Assembly (NCBI GenBank): GCA_040768745.1
Contig: JAXGMI010000002.1
Span: 416,001-480,000 of the forward strand
DNA: 64,000 bases
Source of the DNA: Desulfomicrobium sp.
GTDB lineage: Bacteria > Desulfobacterota > Desulfovibrionia > Desulfovibrionales > Desulfomicrobiaceae
Direction: 5' to 3'
This document shows positions 51,960 to 61,970 of this stretch, one piece after another. The stretch's first letter is position 1; the number at the start of each line of letters is the position of its first letter. The notes beneath the pieces were generated by a model, which was not told the DNA's origin, ran no database searches, and saw only the letters and a list, made by a program, of their open reading frames with translations. The position numbers and the translations under genes were made by a program.

Positions 51960-52714
51960 CTGATGCACTCCTTGTATCCAAACTTGCTGATGTGATCCAG
52001 GATGTCCCGGGGCCGGATGGGCCGCGTGTCGCAGCAGAGCACGCCGTTGTACATGACCTGGCCGCGGTCGGCGTTGACATAGTCGAGAATGTGGCCAGTG
52101 TGGGTGATGATCAAGCCGGACGTCTTCCGGCGACGGCGCAGGTCCCGCATGCAGGCATCCGGAGAAGGATTCGTTGCTCCGTCCAGAAGGGCCCTGGCCG
52201 TTGTGCCGATGAGGGCCATGTTCTCCAGATCCACGCCTGATTCAGGTTCGTCGAACAGGATGAGATTGGGATTCTGGGCCATGAGCTGCAGCAATTCAGA
52301 ACGCTTGATCTCCCCCCCGGAAAATCCCGCGTTGATGTCCCGGTCCAGGAAGGCGTCAAAATTGACCCCTTTGGCCATGCAGTCCACGTCAACTTCTCTG
52401 CCGCGTGCGCACATGGACACCAGATGCCGAGTCTTGAGGCCATGGATGGTCGGGGGGCGCTGAAACGACATGCCGATGCCCAACCGGGCCCGTTCATAGG
52501 TGGGCATGGCGGTGATATCCACGCCCTTGAAAATGATCCTGCCGCTGGTCACCGTGTACCCTGCAAATCCCATGATGGTCATGAGCAAGGTCGTTTTCCC
52601 CGAACCGTTGGGGCCGAAGAGGATGAATGTCTCCCCCTCCTCGATATTCAGGTGGATTCCCTTGAGAACTTCCCTGTCGCCGATTGTGACATGCAGGTTT
52701 TCAATCTGAAGCAT
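51947..52714 (-). CDS. SufC-like ABC ATPase (SmsC-like)
   Basis: GPNGSGKT, GFSGGEIKRSE, FDEPESGVD, IITH, C-terminal CIRC. Confidence 0.9.
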   Translation of the reverse strand: MLQIENLHVTIGDREVLKGIHLNIEEGETFILFGPNGSGKTTLLMTIMGFAGYTVTSGRIIFKGVDITAMPTYERARLGIGMSFQRPPTIHGLKTRHLVSMCARGREVDVDCMAKGVNFDAFLDRDINAGFSGGEIKRSELLQLMAQNPNLILFDEPESGVDLENMALIGTTARALLDGATNPSPDACMRDLRRRRKTSGLIITHTGHILDYVNADRGQVMYNGVLCCDTRPIRPRDILDHISKFGYKECIRCLN

Positions 52715-52803
52715 ACGATCCTCTTTGTGGAGTGACATGGCGCTCGAGGCGCAGCAAAACGGTGTCCTGCGTTAATGGACGCAGCGGGAAATGTCCAGCA
52801 GCC

Positions 52804-53523
52804 CTATCCCCCCCACTCTTTCCATGATTCGGAATTGGAGCAGTAGTAGCAGCGCGAATTGTCACGAAAGAAGCGCAGAAGAAGCATTCCGGCCACAAAA
52901 CCGCCGATGTGCGCCCACCAGGCCACCCCTCCCCCTCCATTGTTTCCGGACACCAATCCCGAAAAGACCTGGGTCAGGAACCAGGCCCCAAGATAGAAAA
53001 CAGCTGGCATCTCGAATATGAGCGGTAAAAAGAAAACAGGCAGGAAAGTGGAGATCTTGGCCTGGGGATAGAGGGAAAAATAGGCCCCCATGACCCCGGC
53101 GATGGCCCCCGAGGCCCCCACCACCGGAACCGTCGAATCCGGGGCCGTGACCATGTGCACGAAGAGAGCCCCCAGACCGCAAAGAACGTAGAAGAACAGA
53201 AAATGGACAGATCCCATGACATCTTCCACATTGTCGCCGAAAATCCACAGCGTCCACATATTGAAGATGAGATGCAGCCAGCCGGAATGCATGAACATAT
53301 GCGAGGCGAACGCCCACAGGCCCTGTTCCGGGTATCCATGCCACGCGGCCCATTCCGGGTCGAAAAAGCGGGCCGGGACCACACCGTACTGATGGAAGAG
53401 CCGAAACTCCTGGGCCGGGTCCAGCCCCTGGGCAAGAAGGAAAAGGAGGACGTTGAGCCCTATGAGCAGAATGACCGTATAGGGCCGGTGCCGGGAGGGA
53501 ATATTGTCACGCAGGGGAAACAT
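52804..53523 (-). CDS. Rhomboid intramembrane serine protease
   Basis: FMHSGWLHLIFNM, VGASGA, AWWAHIGG. Confidence 0.93.
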   Translation of the reverse strand: MFPLRDNIPSRHRPYTVILLIGLNVLLFLLAQGLDPAQEFRLFHQYGVVPARFFDPEWAAWHGYPEQGLWAFASHMFMHSGWLHLIFNMWTLWIFGDNVEDVMGSVHFLFFYVLCGLGALFVHMVTAPDSTVPVVGASGAIAGVMGAYFSLYPQAKISTFLPVFFLPLIFEMPAVFYLGAWFLTQVFSGLVSGNNGGGGVAWWAHIGGFVAGMLLLRFFRDNSRCYYCSNSESWKEWGG

Positions 53524-55108
53524 GGCTGGATTCCGTGTCTTGATTTGTGTCCGGATGTTCGAAAATCGCCTTCAACGCCTTCATCTGCCGCTCCGCCCGC
53601 CTGGCGATGAGGCCCAAGGAGACCCGGATCATGGCAGCGGTCCTGGCCTGCAGATCCGAAAGGGAGCCGGAGTTGTCCAGGATCAGGTGAGCCATGCGCA
53701 CCTTCGCTTCCTGCGGCCACTGCCAGGAGTCCACCTGGTTGATGCGGCCCAGGTCCCAGCCCCGTTTGAGCAGGCGCTCCTGGCGCAGACCGTCGGGACA
53801 GAAAATCACGGCCACGAGATCCAGGGACGAGGACAGCTCGGCCTCGCACAAGAGCGGAATCTCGGCCAGGAGGACATCGTCTGCATGCGCGTTTTTGAAT
53901 TCGGCCAGGGCGCGGCGCACCAAGGGGTGGACAAGGCGTTCCACCTCCCGCCGCAGGCTTTCGGAACTGGACATGGCGGACAAGAGGACAGCCTTGTCCA
54001 CGCCTCCGTCCGGGGCCAGAAACCTGGACCCGAAATGGCATTTCAGAACGGCGGCCCCCTCACCTCCCCGGGCATAGGCCCTGGCCACGACCTGGTCCGC
54101 GCAGAAAACCGGGAGGCCGCAGGCCTGCACCAGGTCGAGGACAGCGGACTTGCCGCTTCCGGCCGCACCAGTCAGACCGATGCACAGTCGAGGACGGCAC
54201 AACTCGCCCAAAACCCGCATGAAATCATCAGGCGGAGGACAGCAGAACGCCATCTCTTGTTCCGACACGGGATGGGTGAAGCGCAGTTGCCAGGCGTGGA
54301 GCATCTGCCGCGGAGCACGGGACGCGGTGTCCTTGTCCGCATAGACGGCGTCCCCAAGCAGCGGATGGCCCAGCTCGGCCATGTGCACCCGGATTTGGTG
54401 TGTCCGGCCGGTCAGAATGCGGATCCTCAGCAGGGAGGCGCTCTGGTCCGGGGCGGTCCACAGCACGCGATACCGCGTCTCCGCCGGACGGCCGCCGCGG
54501 GACACCGCCGCCATGCGGGTCTTGAGAAGCGGGTGACGCCCCAGGGGCACGGTGATGGAACCCGCACTTCTGGGCGCTCCCGCCACAAGGGCAAGATACT
54601 CCTTGTACACGTGGCGGGACGCAAAGGCCCGGCTTAACGCCAGACGGGAGGAGTCGGACAGGGCCAGGACAATGAGGCCCGACGTGTCCTTGTCCAGCCG
54701 GTGGACCACGCCCGGTCGCTGCCCTTCCTGCCCAAGCAGGACGGGGAAATGGCTGGCTGCCCGATGCACCAGCGTCCCCGCACAGACCGACGGGGCCGGA
54801 TGGACCGTCATTCCGGGCTCCTTGTCCAGGACGAGGACATGTTCATCGGCGTGCAGCACAAGCAGGGGACCAGGCTCCGGGATGATGGCTGAAGCAGGAA
54901 ATTCCGGTTTCAGGGCCAGGATCTGGCCCGGCACAATCCGGGTGGACGGCTTGGTACAGACGCACCCGTTGACGCTGGCCCGGCCCTTCCGGATCCAGTC
55001 CTGCACGCGCGTTCTGGTCACGCCTTCCTCATCGAGGCATGACTGCCAGAACACGTCCAGCCGCTCCCCCCCGTCGGTGACGGCAACCTTCTCTACCAGT
55101 TCCTGCAT
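53507..55108 (-). CDS. RluD-like pseudouridine synthase fused to dephospho-CoA kinase
   Basis: S4 domain, HRLDKDTSG, GRTHQIRVH; then IGLTGAAGSGKS, LVHPLV, EIPLLCE, ILDNSG. Confidence 0.9.
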   Translation of the reverse strand: MQELVEKVAVTDGGERLDVFWQSCLDEEGVTRTRVQDWIRKGRASVNGCVCTKPSTRIVPGQILALKPEFPASAIIPEPGPLLVLHADEHVLVLDKEPGMTVHPAPSVCAGTLVHRAASHFPVLLGQEGQRPGVVHRLDKDTSGLIVLALSDSSRLALSRAFASRHVYKEYLALVAGAPRSAGSITVPLGRHPLLKTRMAAVSRGGRPAETRYRVLWTAPDQSASLLRIRILTGRTHQIRVHMAELGHPLLGDAVYADKDTASRAPRQMLHAWQLRFTHPVSEQEMAFCCPPPDDFMRVLGELCRPRLCIGLTGAAGSGKSAVLDLVQACGLPVFCADQVVARAYARGGEGAAVLKCHFGSRFLAPDGGVDKAVLLSAMSSSESLRREVERLVHPLVRRALAEFKNAHADDVLLAEIPLLCEAELSSSLDLVAVIFCPDGLRQERLLKRGWDLGRINQVDSWQWPQEAKVRMAHLILDNSGSLSDLQARTAAMIRVSLGLIARRAERQMKALKAIFEHPDTNQDTESSHVSPA

Positions 55109-55335
55109 GTGTCCTTCTGGTTGAAAAACTCCGTTGTTGTCGCAAACGTCATGTCGTCGCCGGGTCCGAAGTCCGGACCGACGCGAACATCGAGACCGCG
55201 ACAGCAGGATGTTGAACCCGATCATGGGGCCCGGAGGGCCTGGCCCGTGGGCGACATCATCTTGCGTTCACTGCTGGAAGGCCGTTTCCACTGCCATCCA
55301 TCGGACGGGAACGTCCTCAGCGCCGCTGGGCGGCA

Positions 55336-55977
55336 TCAGCTGAGATGATGCGTCAGCACCCCGAGTTCAATGGTGATGTCCACGTTCAGGACCACCATGT
55401 TTTCAGGCGCCGTCACGGGCCGGGAGGCAAAATAGAGAGCTCCCCGGATCCCCATCTGTCCGAGCTGGTTGACGATACGCTGCACTTCAGGCGGTGGTAC
55501 CGCGATGATGGCTATGTCCACACGGCGCGCATCCAGTTCACGGTCAAGCTGGGCCATATCGTGCACCGGGATGCCCTCAAGCGATTTTCCTATCCGTTGG
55601 GGATCGTTATCAAATATCTGAACGATCTGGAGGTTTCTACCCTGGAAGGATTCCGAATGGAGCAGGACGCTGCCAAACCCTCCAGCGCCGATCAGGACCA
55701 CATTCCAGAGACGATCACATCCCAGAATGCGCGCAATCTGCTCGCGGAGGGCAGGTACAGGATAACCGACCCCTCTGACCCCGAAGGTGCCGAAGTTGGC
55801 GAGATCTCTGCGGACAAGACTCTGGGTGACCCCTTCGATTTTCTCGAGGTCAGAAGACGAGACGACTTCCACGCCCTTGCCTTTCAAATGATCGAGAGTC
55901 CGCAGGTAGACTGAGAGCCGGCGGATGATGAGGTCTTTCTTGTCAGCCTTGGGCTGTCTTCTTCGTTTATGCGTCAC
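55336..55977 (-). CDS. rex: Rex-family redox-sensing repressor
   Basis: RRLSVYLR, VRRDLANFGTFGVRGVGY, IGAGGFG, FDND. Confidence 0.85.
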   Translation of the reverse strand: MTHKRRRQPKADKKDLIIRRLSVYLRTLDHLKGKGVEVVSSSDLEKIEGVTQSLVRRDLANFGTFGVRGVGYPVPALREQIARILGCDRLWNVVLIGAGGFGSVLLHSESFQGRNLQIVQIFDNDPQRIGKSLEGIPVHDMAQLDRELDARRVDIAIIAVPPPEVQRIVNQLGQMGIRGALYFASRPVTAPENMVVLNVDITIELGVLTHHLS

Positions 55978-56019
55978 GTGATGGGCACCTCTGAAAGGGA
56001 AGGAGAAACAAATATTCCC

Positions 56020-58023
56020 TTAGGATTCGATATCGTACCTGCTGAACACCAGGGAGTAGAACGCCTTGCCCTTGGTGCGGGAACGCAGCTCTGTGGCAAA
56101 GCCAAAAAGCTGGCGCATGGGGGCCAGGGCAGAGATGCCAGAATCGTGCTCTGCGGTCCGCACGTCAAGAATGCGGGCGTTCTTGGCCCCCAGAAGATTG
56201 ACACAATCCCCCACAAATTCGCCGGGCATGCGCAGTTTCACATCCATGATGGGCTCCAACCGGGCGGGAGAGGCCTGGGACAGGGCCAACTTCATGGCAT
56301 CCAGGGCGGCCATGCGCACGCCGAGGTCCGAGATGCCGCCCTCGAAAGGCTCGATGGCCAGAAGGCACGCCTGGACATCCGTGACCACGCATCCATCCAC
56401 CACCCCGGCCTGCAGGGCATCCTCCATGGCCTGCAGGGCGATGCCAGCCTGGTTGTTCCGCGGCAGTGCCGTCTCGACCGTATTGCCCTTGCCGCGATCG
56501 GCGGGATGCACGCTGACCCTGACCAGCGCACGGTGCGTCTGGTCTCCGATGATTTTGGCACAGGTCGCCTCCGCCTCGGCATGGGCCTGCACGGTTTCCA
56601 GAAAAATGACCTGCGGATTGCCATAGCGGAAGCTCACCCCGCTCTCACGGCGCAGTCGCTCCAGGACAACCTCAAGATGCAGCTCACCCAGGCCAGCGAC
56701 AATGAGCTGATCCGTATCCGTGTCAGTGAACGAACGGAGGGTGGGATCTTCCACGCAGTATCTTTCCAGTAACACCTGAAGTTTTTCCGTTTCGCTGGCG
56801 CTGCCCGGAATGAGGGCCACATTCAGCACAGGCTGGAGCACGTCGATGTTCTCCAGCCGAAGTCCTGATTTGCCGGTGAAAAGCGTGTCTCCGGTGATGC
56901 AATCCTTGAGGCCGGTGGCAAGAACGATTTCTCCGACACGGGCTTCGACGATGGCTTCATGGCGGTTGGCGTGCACGGCGTAGAGCTTGTGTATCTTCTC
57001 AAACCGCTCCAGGCGGGAATTGTACACTGCGCTGTTCTCCTTGATGCTGCCGTTGTACACGCGCAGGAAATTCTTCTTGTGCGCCCCTTCGAACATGACC
57101 TTGAACACAAAGCCCACAAACTGGTCGTCGCGGACCTTTTCCCGCTCCATGAGTTCCCGCACATGGGCATGGGAAAAGGATTCGTCCGGCGCGGGCAAAA
57201 AATGCCCTACCCCGTCCATGAGTGGCTGCACGCCGATATTCCTGAGGGCGCTGCCGCAATACACCGGCACGGCCTGACCCGCCAGTGTTGCCCGGCGCAG
57301 GGCCGGAAGCACATCGAGTTCGTTCAGCTCCTCGTCAGCCAGGTATTTTTCCGTCACCACGTCGTCCACCTCGGCCAGAGCCTCGAAAAAAGCCCGGCAG
57401 TGGGTGTCAACATACTCGCGGTCCGGCCCTGGCACCTCCTCGTCGCTGATGGTGATGCCCTGGTCGGCCGGGTCGAACCGCAGGAAGCGCCTGCGGATCA
57501 GATCGATCACCCCGCCCTCCACGGCCTGCGACGGTACCGTCACAGGTATGGCGCGCAGACCGAACCGGGCCTCCATATCCCTCACAACCCGCCAGTAGTC
57601 CGCCCCTGGACGGTCGGTCTTGTTGATAAAAACGAGCTTCGGCAGCCGGTATTTTTCCGCCTGCCGCCATACGGTCTCGCTCTGGGATTCGATGCCGTTC
57701 ACCCCGCAAAAAACAACCACGGCCCCGTCGCAAACCCGCAGGGATCGCTCCACCTCCACGTTGAAATCCACATGGCCAGGGGTGTCGATGATATTGATGC
57801 GCGTCCCTTTCCACTCGATGGTCGTGCAGGCCGAGGTAATGGTGATGCCGCGCTTCTGCTCCTCTTCGAGGTAGTCCATGGTGGCATTGCCGTCGTGCAC
57901 CTCTCCTATTTTGTGGATCTTGCGGGCATAGAAAAGGAGCCGCTCGGTCAGGGTGGTTTTTCCCGCGTCGATATGGGCAATGATGCCGATGTTGCGGAAG
58001 TTGTGGGCTGTGATTTTCTTCAT
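56020..58023 (-). CDS. Elongation factor G paralog (divergent)
   Basis: AHIDAGKTT, RGITI, DTPGHVDF, NKTD, GLGELHLE, LEPIM. Confidence 0.9.
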   Translation of the reverse strand: MKKITAHNFRNIGIIAHIDAGKTTLTERLLFYARKIHKIGEVHDGNATMDYLEEEQKRGITITSACTTIEWKGTRINIIDTPGHVDFNVEVERSLRVCDGAVVVFCGVNGIESQSETVWRQAEKYRLPKLVFINKTDRPGADYWRVVRDMEARFGLRAIPVTVPSQAVEGGVIDLIRRRFLRFDPADQGITISDEEVPGPDREYVDTHCRAFFEALAEVDDVVTEKYLADEELNELDVLPALRRATLAGQAVPVYCGSALRNIGVQPLMDGVGHFLPAPDESFSHAHVRELMEREKVRDDQFVGFVFKVMFEGAHKKNFLRVYNGSIKENSAVYNSRLERFEKIHKLYAVHANRHEAIVEARVGEIVLATGLKDCITGDTLFTGKSGLRLENIDVLQPVLNVALIPGSASETEKLQVLLERYCVEDPTLRSFTDTDTDQLIVAGLGELHLEVVLERLRRESGVSFRYGNPQVIFLETVQAHAEAEATCAKIIGDQTHRALVRVSVHPADRGKGNTVETALPRNNQAGIALQAMEDALQAGVVDGCVVTDVQACLLAIEPFEGGISDLGVRMAALDAMKLALSQASPARLEPIMDVKLRMPGEFVGDCVNLLGAKNARILDVRTAEHDSGISALAPMRQLFGFATELRSRTKGKAFYSLVFSRYDIES

Positions 58024-58030
58024 GGTCGGT

Positions 58031-58744
58031 TCAGGCATAGAAGGATGTTGTGAAACGGAACGTTTCAGGAGTGATCACGTCCCAGACCCAGCAGCCCAGA
58101 AACCGTTCGTCCATGACCACCGGGGCGGAACCGGGTTCTCCGCCATAGGCCACAAAGGCTCTGGGCTGGCCCGTTGTCACGGCTGTCACGGCCCGGTAGG
58201 CCCTCTGGTGCTCTGATGGCGGAAGGGCGACAGCGACGCCGTAGTTGGCGGGGTCGGGACGCACCAAGCGGGGAAAATCAAGATCCAGCCCGGCCAGATC
58301 CACCGCCACTCCCGGCCCGGCGGCGGCCAGTCCCTCAAGAAGGACCCGGTGGTCGGTGGTGTAGATCTGGTCCACGGACAAAAGGTCAAACCCGCACAAC
58401 AACGGGTCCGTCAGCGGACCGGTCACGTGCACAAACACGGTTTCGACCTTGGCCACCAGGGCAAGCACCACGGCGGATAGAATTGCTGTCACCGGAAAAC
58501 AACGCTGGTCAACGGCAAAAAAGGCCCAGCCCAGGCGCTTGCTGGTCACGGTCTGTTCCACGTGGCTGAACCTGCGGGTCGCTGTCACAGGCTCCGCTCC
58601 GGTCTGGGCCAGGGCATAGGCGAATGCCACGGCATTCTTGAGGATGGACCTCTGCGCGGCCGGACAGCGTTCGTAGGCCGCGCCAAGGGTTTCGTCGTCA
58701 ATATCGGGTGCGACCCCTTTTTGGGCGAGGATGTCTTCGATCAC
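58031..58744 (-). CDS. Hypothetical protein (weak resemblance to a histidinol dehydrogenase N-terminal region)
   Basis: Operonic ORF between leuB and the EF-G paralog; GGAG RBS and GTG start. Confidence 0.55.
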   Translation of the reverse strand: MIEDILAQKGVAPDIDDETLGAAYERCPAAQRSILKNAVAFAYALAQTGAEPVTATRRFSHVEQTVTSKRLGWAFFAVDQRCFPVTAILSAVVLALVAKVETVFVHVTGPLTDPLLCGFDLLSVDQIYTTDHRVLLEGLAAAGPGVAVDLAGLDLDFPRLVRPDPANYGVAVALPPSEHQRAYRAVTAVTTGQPRAFVAYGGEPGSAPVVMDERFLGCWVWDVITPETFRFTTSFYA

Positions 58745-58850
58745 ATGTGCTCCTTGAAAAAAAGGGCGGGCCAGCCATGACCCGCCCGACATTTCCATAT
58801 TTCAAGGCGTTGCACAACCTCGGCGAGAAGCCCGTGGCCGCAAACCCGCC

Positions 58851-59918
58851 CTACAGGGCGTCCACCACGAGCTGCCCCATTTCCGAACAGCCCACCTTGA
58901 CCCCTTCGCCCACATGAATGTCGCCAGTACGGTAGCCCCTGGCCAGCACGGCCTTCACTGCGGAATCGATGGCCCCTGCCTCGGCTTCCAGCCCGAAGCT
59001 GAAGCGCAGCATCATGGACACGGACAAAATGGTGGCCAGGGGATTGGCGATATCCTTCCCGGCAATGTCCGGAGCCGAGCCGTGGATGGGCTCGAACAGG
59101 GCCGGTCCGCCCGCACCCATGGAGGCCGAGGGCAGCATGCCGATGGATCCGGTGATGATGGACGCTTCGTCGGAAAGAATGTCGCCGAACAGGTTCTCGG
59201 TCACGATGACGTCGAACTGGGACGGGTCGCGGATGAGCTGCATGGCCGCGTTGTCCACGTACATGTGCGACAGCTCCACTTCGGGATATTCCGCCGCCGT
59301 GCGAACCGCCACCTCCCGCCACAGCCGCGACACGTCGAGCACGTTGGCCTTGTCCACGGAGCACAGGCGCTTGCCGCGTTTCATGGCGATCTCGCAGGCC
59401 ACCCGCACGATGCGCTCGATTTCGGACTCGCTGTAAATCATGGTGTTGAAGGCCGCCCGCTCCCCGTTCACCAAGGTCTCCCCCCGGGGCTCGCCGAAAT
59501 AGGCACCGCCCGTCAGTTCACGCACAACCATGATGTCCAGGCCCTGACTCACGATGTCCGGGCGCAGGTATGACGCCCTGGCCAGTTCCGGGAACAGTGC
59601 CGCAGGACGCAGGTTGGCGAACAGCCCCAGGGCCTTGCGGATACCCAGCAGGCCCTTCTCGGGCCGGATGGCCGGGTCCATGGCGTCCCATTTGGGGCCG
59701 CCCACGGCCCCCAGCAACACCGCATCGGATGCCCGGCACGCGGCCACCGTGGCTTCGGGCAACGGAATGCCCATCGCGTCGATGGCCGCGCCGCCGATGA
59801 GGGCTGTCTCCGTCTGCACGGCGTGGCCGAACTTGGCCGCCACCGTCTCCAGCACCCGCACGGCCTGGGCCATGATCTCCGGACCGATGCCGTCGCCGGG
59901 CATAAGACAAATCTTCAT
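58851..59918 (-). CDS. leuB: 3-isopropylmalate dehydrogenase
   Basis: [48 protein letters not shown]. Confidence 0.97.
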   Translation of the reverse strand: MKICLMPGDGIGPEIMAQAVRVLETVAAKFGHAVQTETALIGGAAIDAMGIPLPEATVAACRASDAVLLGAVGGPKWDAMDPAIRPEKGLLGIRKALGLFANLRPAALFPELARASYLRPDIVSQGLDIMVVRELTGGAYFGEPRGETLVNGERAAFNTMIYSESEIERIVRVACEIAMKRGKRLCSVDKANVLDVSRLWREVAVRTAAEYPEVELSHMYVDNAAMQLIRDPSQFDVIVTENLFGDILSDEASIITGSIGMLPSASMGAGGPALFEPIHGSAPDIAGKDIANPLATILSVSMMLRFSFGLEAEAGAIDSAVKAVLARGYRTGDIHVGEGVKVGCSEMGQLVVDAL

Positions 59919-60074
59919 ATTCATTGAGAAGCTCCTGTATATTTAAGCATACCTCCGGCGGGCGAGACTCGTCCCTCGCGGCTCGCACCCTGCACCCCGT
60001 TCAGGGGGTGGGGGGAAATCCGGTCGCCGCTTGGCATGCCGACTGGGTCTATCTGACTGAAAAATTCAAAATTC

Positions 60075-60201
60075 GCAGGACGTTGAAAAATGGTGAGCTG
60101 CAAGGAAGCGGAAAAAGCCAGGACGTGCAGTGTATTGCGCATACATAAGCGGTCTGGCTTTTTTCGCTGACGCAGCAGATTGCCATTTTTCAATGGTCTG
60201 C
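60075..60201. repeat. 127-bp imperfect palindromic element (MITE/REP-like)
   Basis: Nested inverted repeats TTGAAAAATGG/CCATTTTTCAA, AGCGGAAAAAGCCAG/CTGGCTTTTTTCGCT, TGTAT/ATACA. Confidence 0.75.
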
Positions 60202-60695
60202 TATTGGGCGACCTTGCGCTTGACGTACTCCACCAGCCCCCCGCCGGACAGCATGTCCATCATGAACTGCGGGACAGGGTTGAAGCCGATGGTTTCCCCG
60301 CTGGTCCTGTTGGCGATGGTGCCGGCCGCCACGTCGATCTCCAGTTCGTCGCCGTCCTTGATGCGGGCGATGTCGTCGCCCAGTTCCAGGAGCAGCAGCC
60401 CCATATTGAAGGCATTGCGGTAGAAGATCCGTGCGTAGCTCTTGGCCAGGACCACGGGAATGCCCGCGCCGATGATGGCCAGCGGGGCGTGTTCGCGCGA
60501 AGATCCGCATCCGAAATTCTCGCCGGCCACCAGGATGTCGCCGTTGGTCACGCGCTTGACCCAGCCAGGTTCCAGACCCTCGAAACAGTTCCTGCCCAGT
60601 TCTGCCGTATCTGCCGTTACCAGAAACCGGGCCGGAATGATGGCGTCGGTGTCGATATGATCCCCCACCACATGGGTTCTGCCTTTGAATGTCAT
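60201..60695 (-). CDS. leuD: 3-isopropylmalate dehydratase small subunit
   Basis: [32 protein letters not shown]. Confidence 0.95.
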   Translation of the reverse strand: MTFKGRTHVVGDHIDTDAIIPARFLVTADTAELGRNCFEGLEPGWVKRVTNGDILVAGENFGCGSSREHAPLAIIGAGIPVVLAKSYARIFYRNAFNMGLLLLELGDDIARIKDGDELEIDVAAGTIANRTSGETIGFNPVPQFMMDMLSGGGLVEYVKRKVAQ

Positions 60696-60707
60696 GACGC
60701 GTCTCCT

Positions 60708-61970
60708 TTATCCGAGCCTGGATGGATGGGTGATGAATCCGGTCACGGCCGTGGCCGCAGCCACGGCAGGGTTGGCGAGGTAGACTTCCGATTCCAGGCT
60801 GCCCATGCGACCTTTGAAATTGCGGTTGGTGGTCGACAGGCAGCGCTCGCCACCGGCCAGGATACCCATGTGCCCGCCCAGGCAGGGTCCGCAGGTCGGA
60901 GGACTGATGATGGCGCCTGCATCGAGGAAGATGCGCAGCAGGCCCTCGTCCAGGGCCTTGGAATACGCGCCGGGCGAGGCCGGGATGACGATGAAGCGCA
61001 CGCCCTTGGCCACCCTTCGGCCCCGTATGACCTTGGCCGCCTCGCGCAGGTCGCTGATGCGGCCGTTGGTGCAGGACCCGAGCACGACCTGGTCCACGCG
61101 CACGCGGGACACCTCCTCCACGGGGCGGACGTTGTCCGGCAGGTGCGGACAGGCGACCTGGGGGGAGAAGGAGGACACGTCGAAGGTCAACTCCTTCCAG
61201 TATGCCGCCCCGGGGTCGGCGGCGATGGGCTCGTCACCGGTGCGGCCGTGGGCCCGGCAGTACTCGAGGGTCTTGCCGTCGGCCGCGAAGAGCCCGGCCT
61301 TGCCGCCGGCCTCGATGGCCATGTTGGCCATGGTCATGCGCCCTTCCACGGACAGGTTGTCGATGACCCCGCCCCCGAATTCCAGGGCCTTGTACAGGGC
61401 TCCAGCCACGCCGGTCTGTCCGATGGTGAAGAGGATGAGGTCCTTGCCGCCGACATGCTCGGGCAGCTTGCCCGTGAAGTTGACGCGGATGGTCTCGGGT
61501 ACCTTGAACCATGTCTCGCCCAGGGCCATGGCCGCGGCGATGTCGGTGCTCCCGAAGCCCGTGGCGAACGCCCCCAGGCCGCCGTAGGTGCAGGTGTGGC
61601 TGTCCGCCCCGACCACTATGTCGCCCGGACCCACCAGACCGTACTCGGGCAGGATGGCGTGCTCCACGCCGACATTGCCGCCTTCGTAATAGTGGGTGAT
61701 GTCCATCTCCCGGGCAAAATCGCGCACCAACTTGACCTGTTCTGCCGAGTCGATGTCCTTGTTGGGGGTGAAGTGGTCGCAGACCAGCGCCACGCGGTCC
61801 CTGTCAAAGACCTTGTGCAGCCCCATGCCCTTGAAGGATTTGATGGCCAGGGGCGCGGTTATGTCGTTGGCCAGGACCAGGGACACGCGGCACTGCACAA
61901 TCTGCCCGTCGGCCGTGATGGGTTGGTCTGTGTGGCGCTGCAGGATCTTCTGGGCTAAAGTCTGTCGCAT
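60708..61970 (-). CDS. leuC: 3-isopropylmalate dehydratase large subunit (short type)
   Basis: GADSHTCTYG, GSCTNGR, CGPCLG, STTNRNFKGRMG. Confidence 0.95.
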   Translation of the reverse strand: MRQTLAQKILQRHTDQPITADGQIVQCRVSLVLANDITAPLAIKSFKGMGLHKVFDRDRVALVCDHFTPNKDIDSAEQVKLVRDFAREMDITHYYEGGNVGVEHAILPEYGLVGPGDIVVGADSHTCTYGGLGAFATGFGSTDIAAAMALGETWFKVPETIRVNFTGKLPEHVGGKDLILFTIGQTGVAGALYKALEFGGGVIDNLSVEGRMTMANMAIEAGGKAGLFAADGKTLEYCRAHGRTGDEPIAADPGAAYWKELTFDVSSFSPQVACPHLPDNVRPVEEVSRVRVDQVVLGSCTNGRISDLREAAKVIRGRRVAKGVRFIVIPASPGAYSKALDEGLLRIFLDAGAIISPPTCGPCLGGHMGILAGGERCLSTTNRNFKGRMGSLESEVYLANPAVAAATAVTGFITHPSRLG

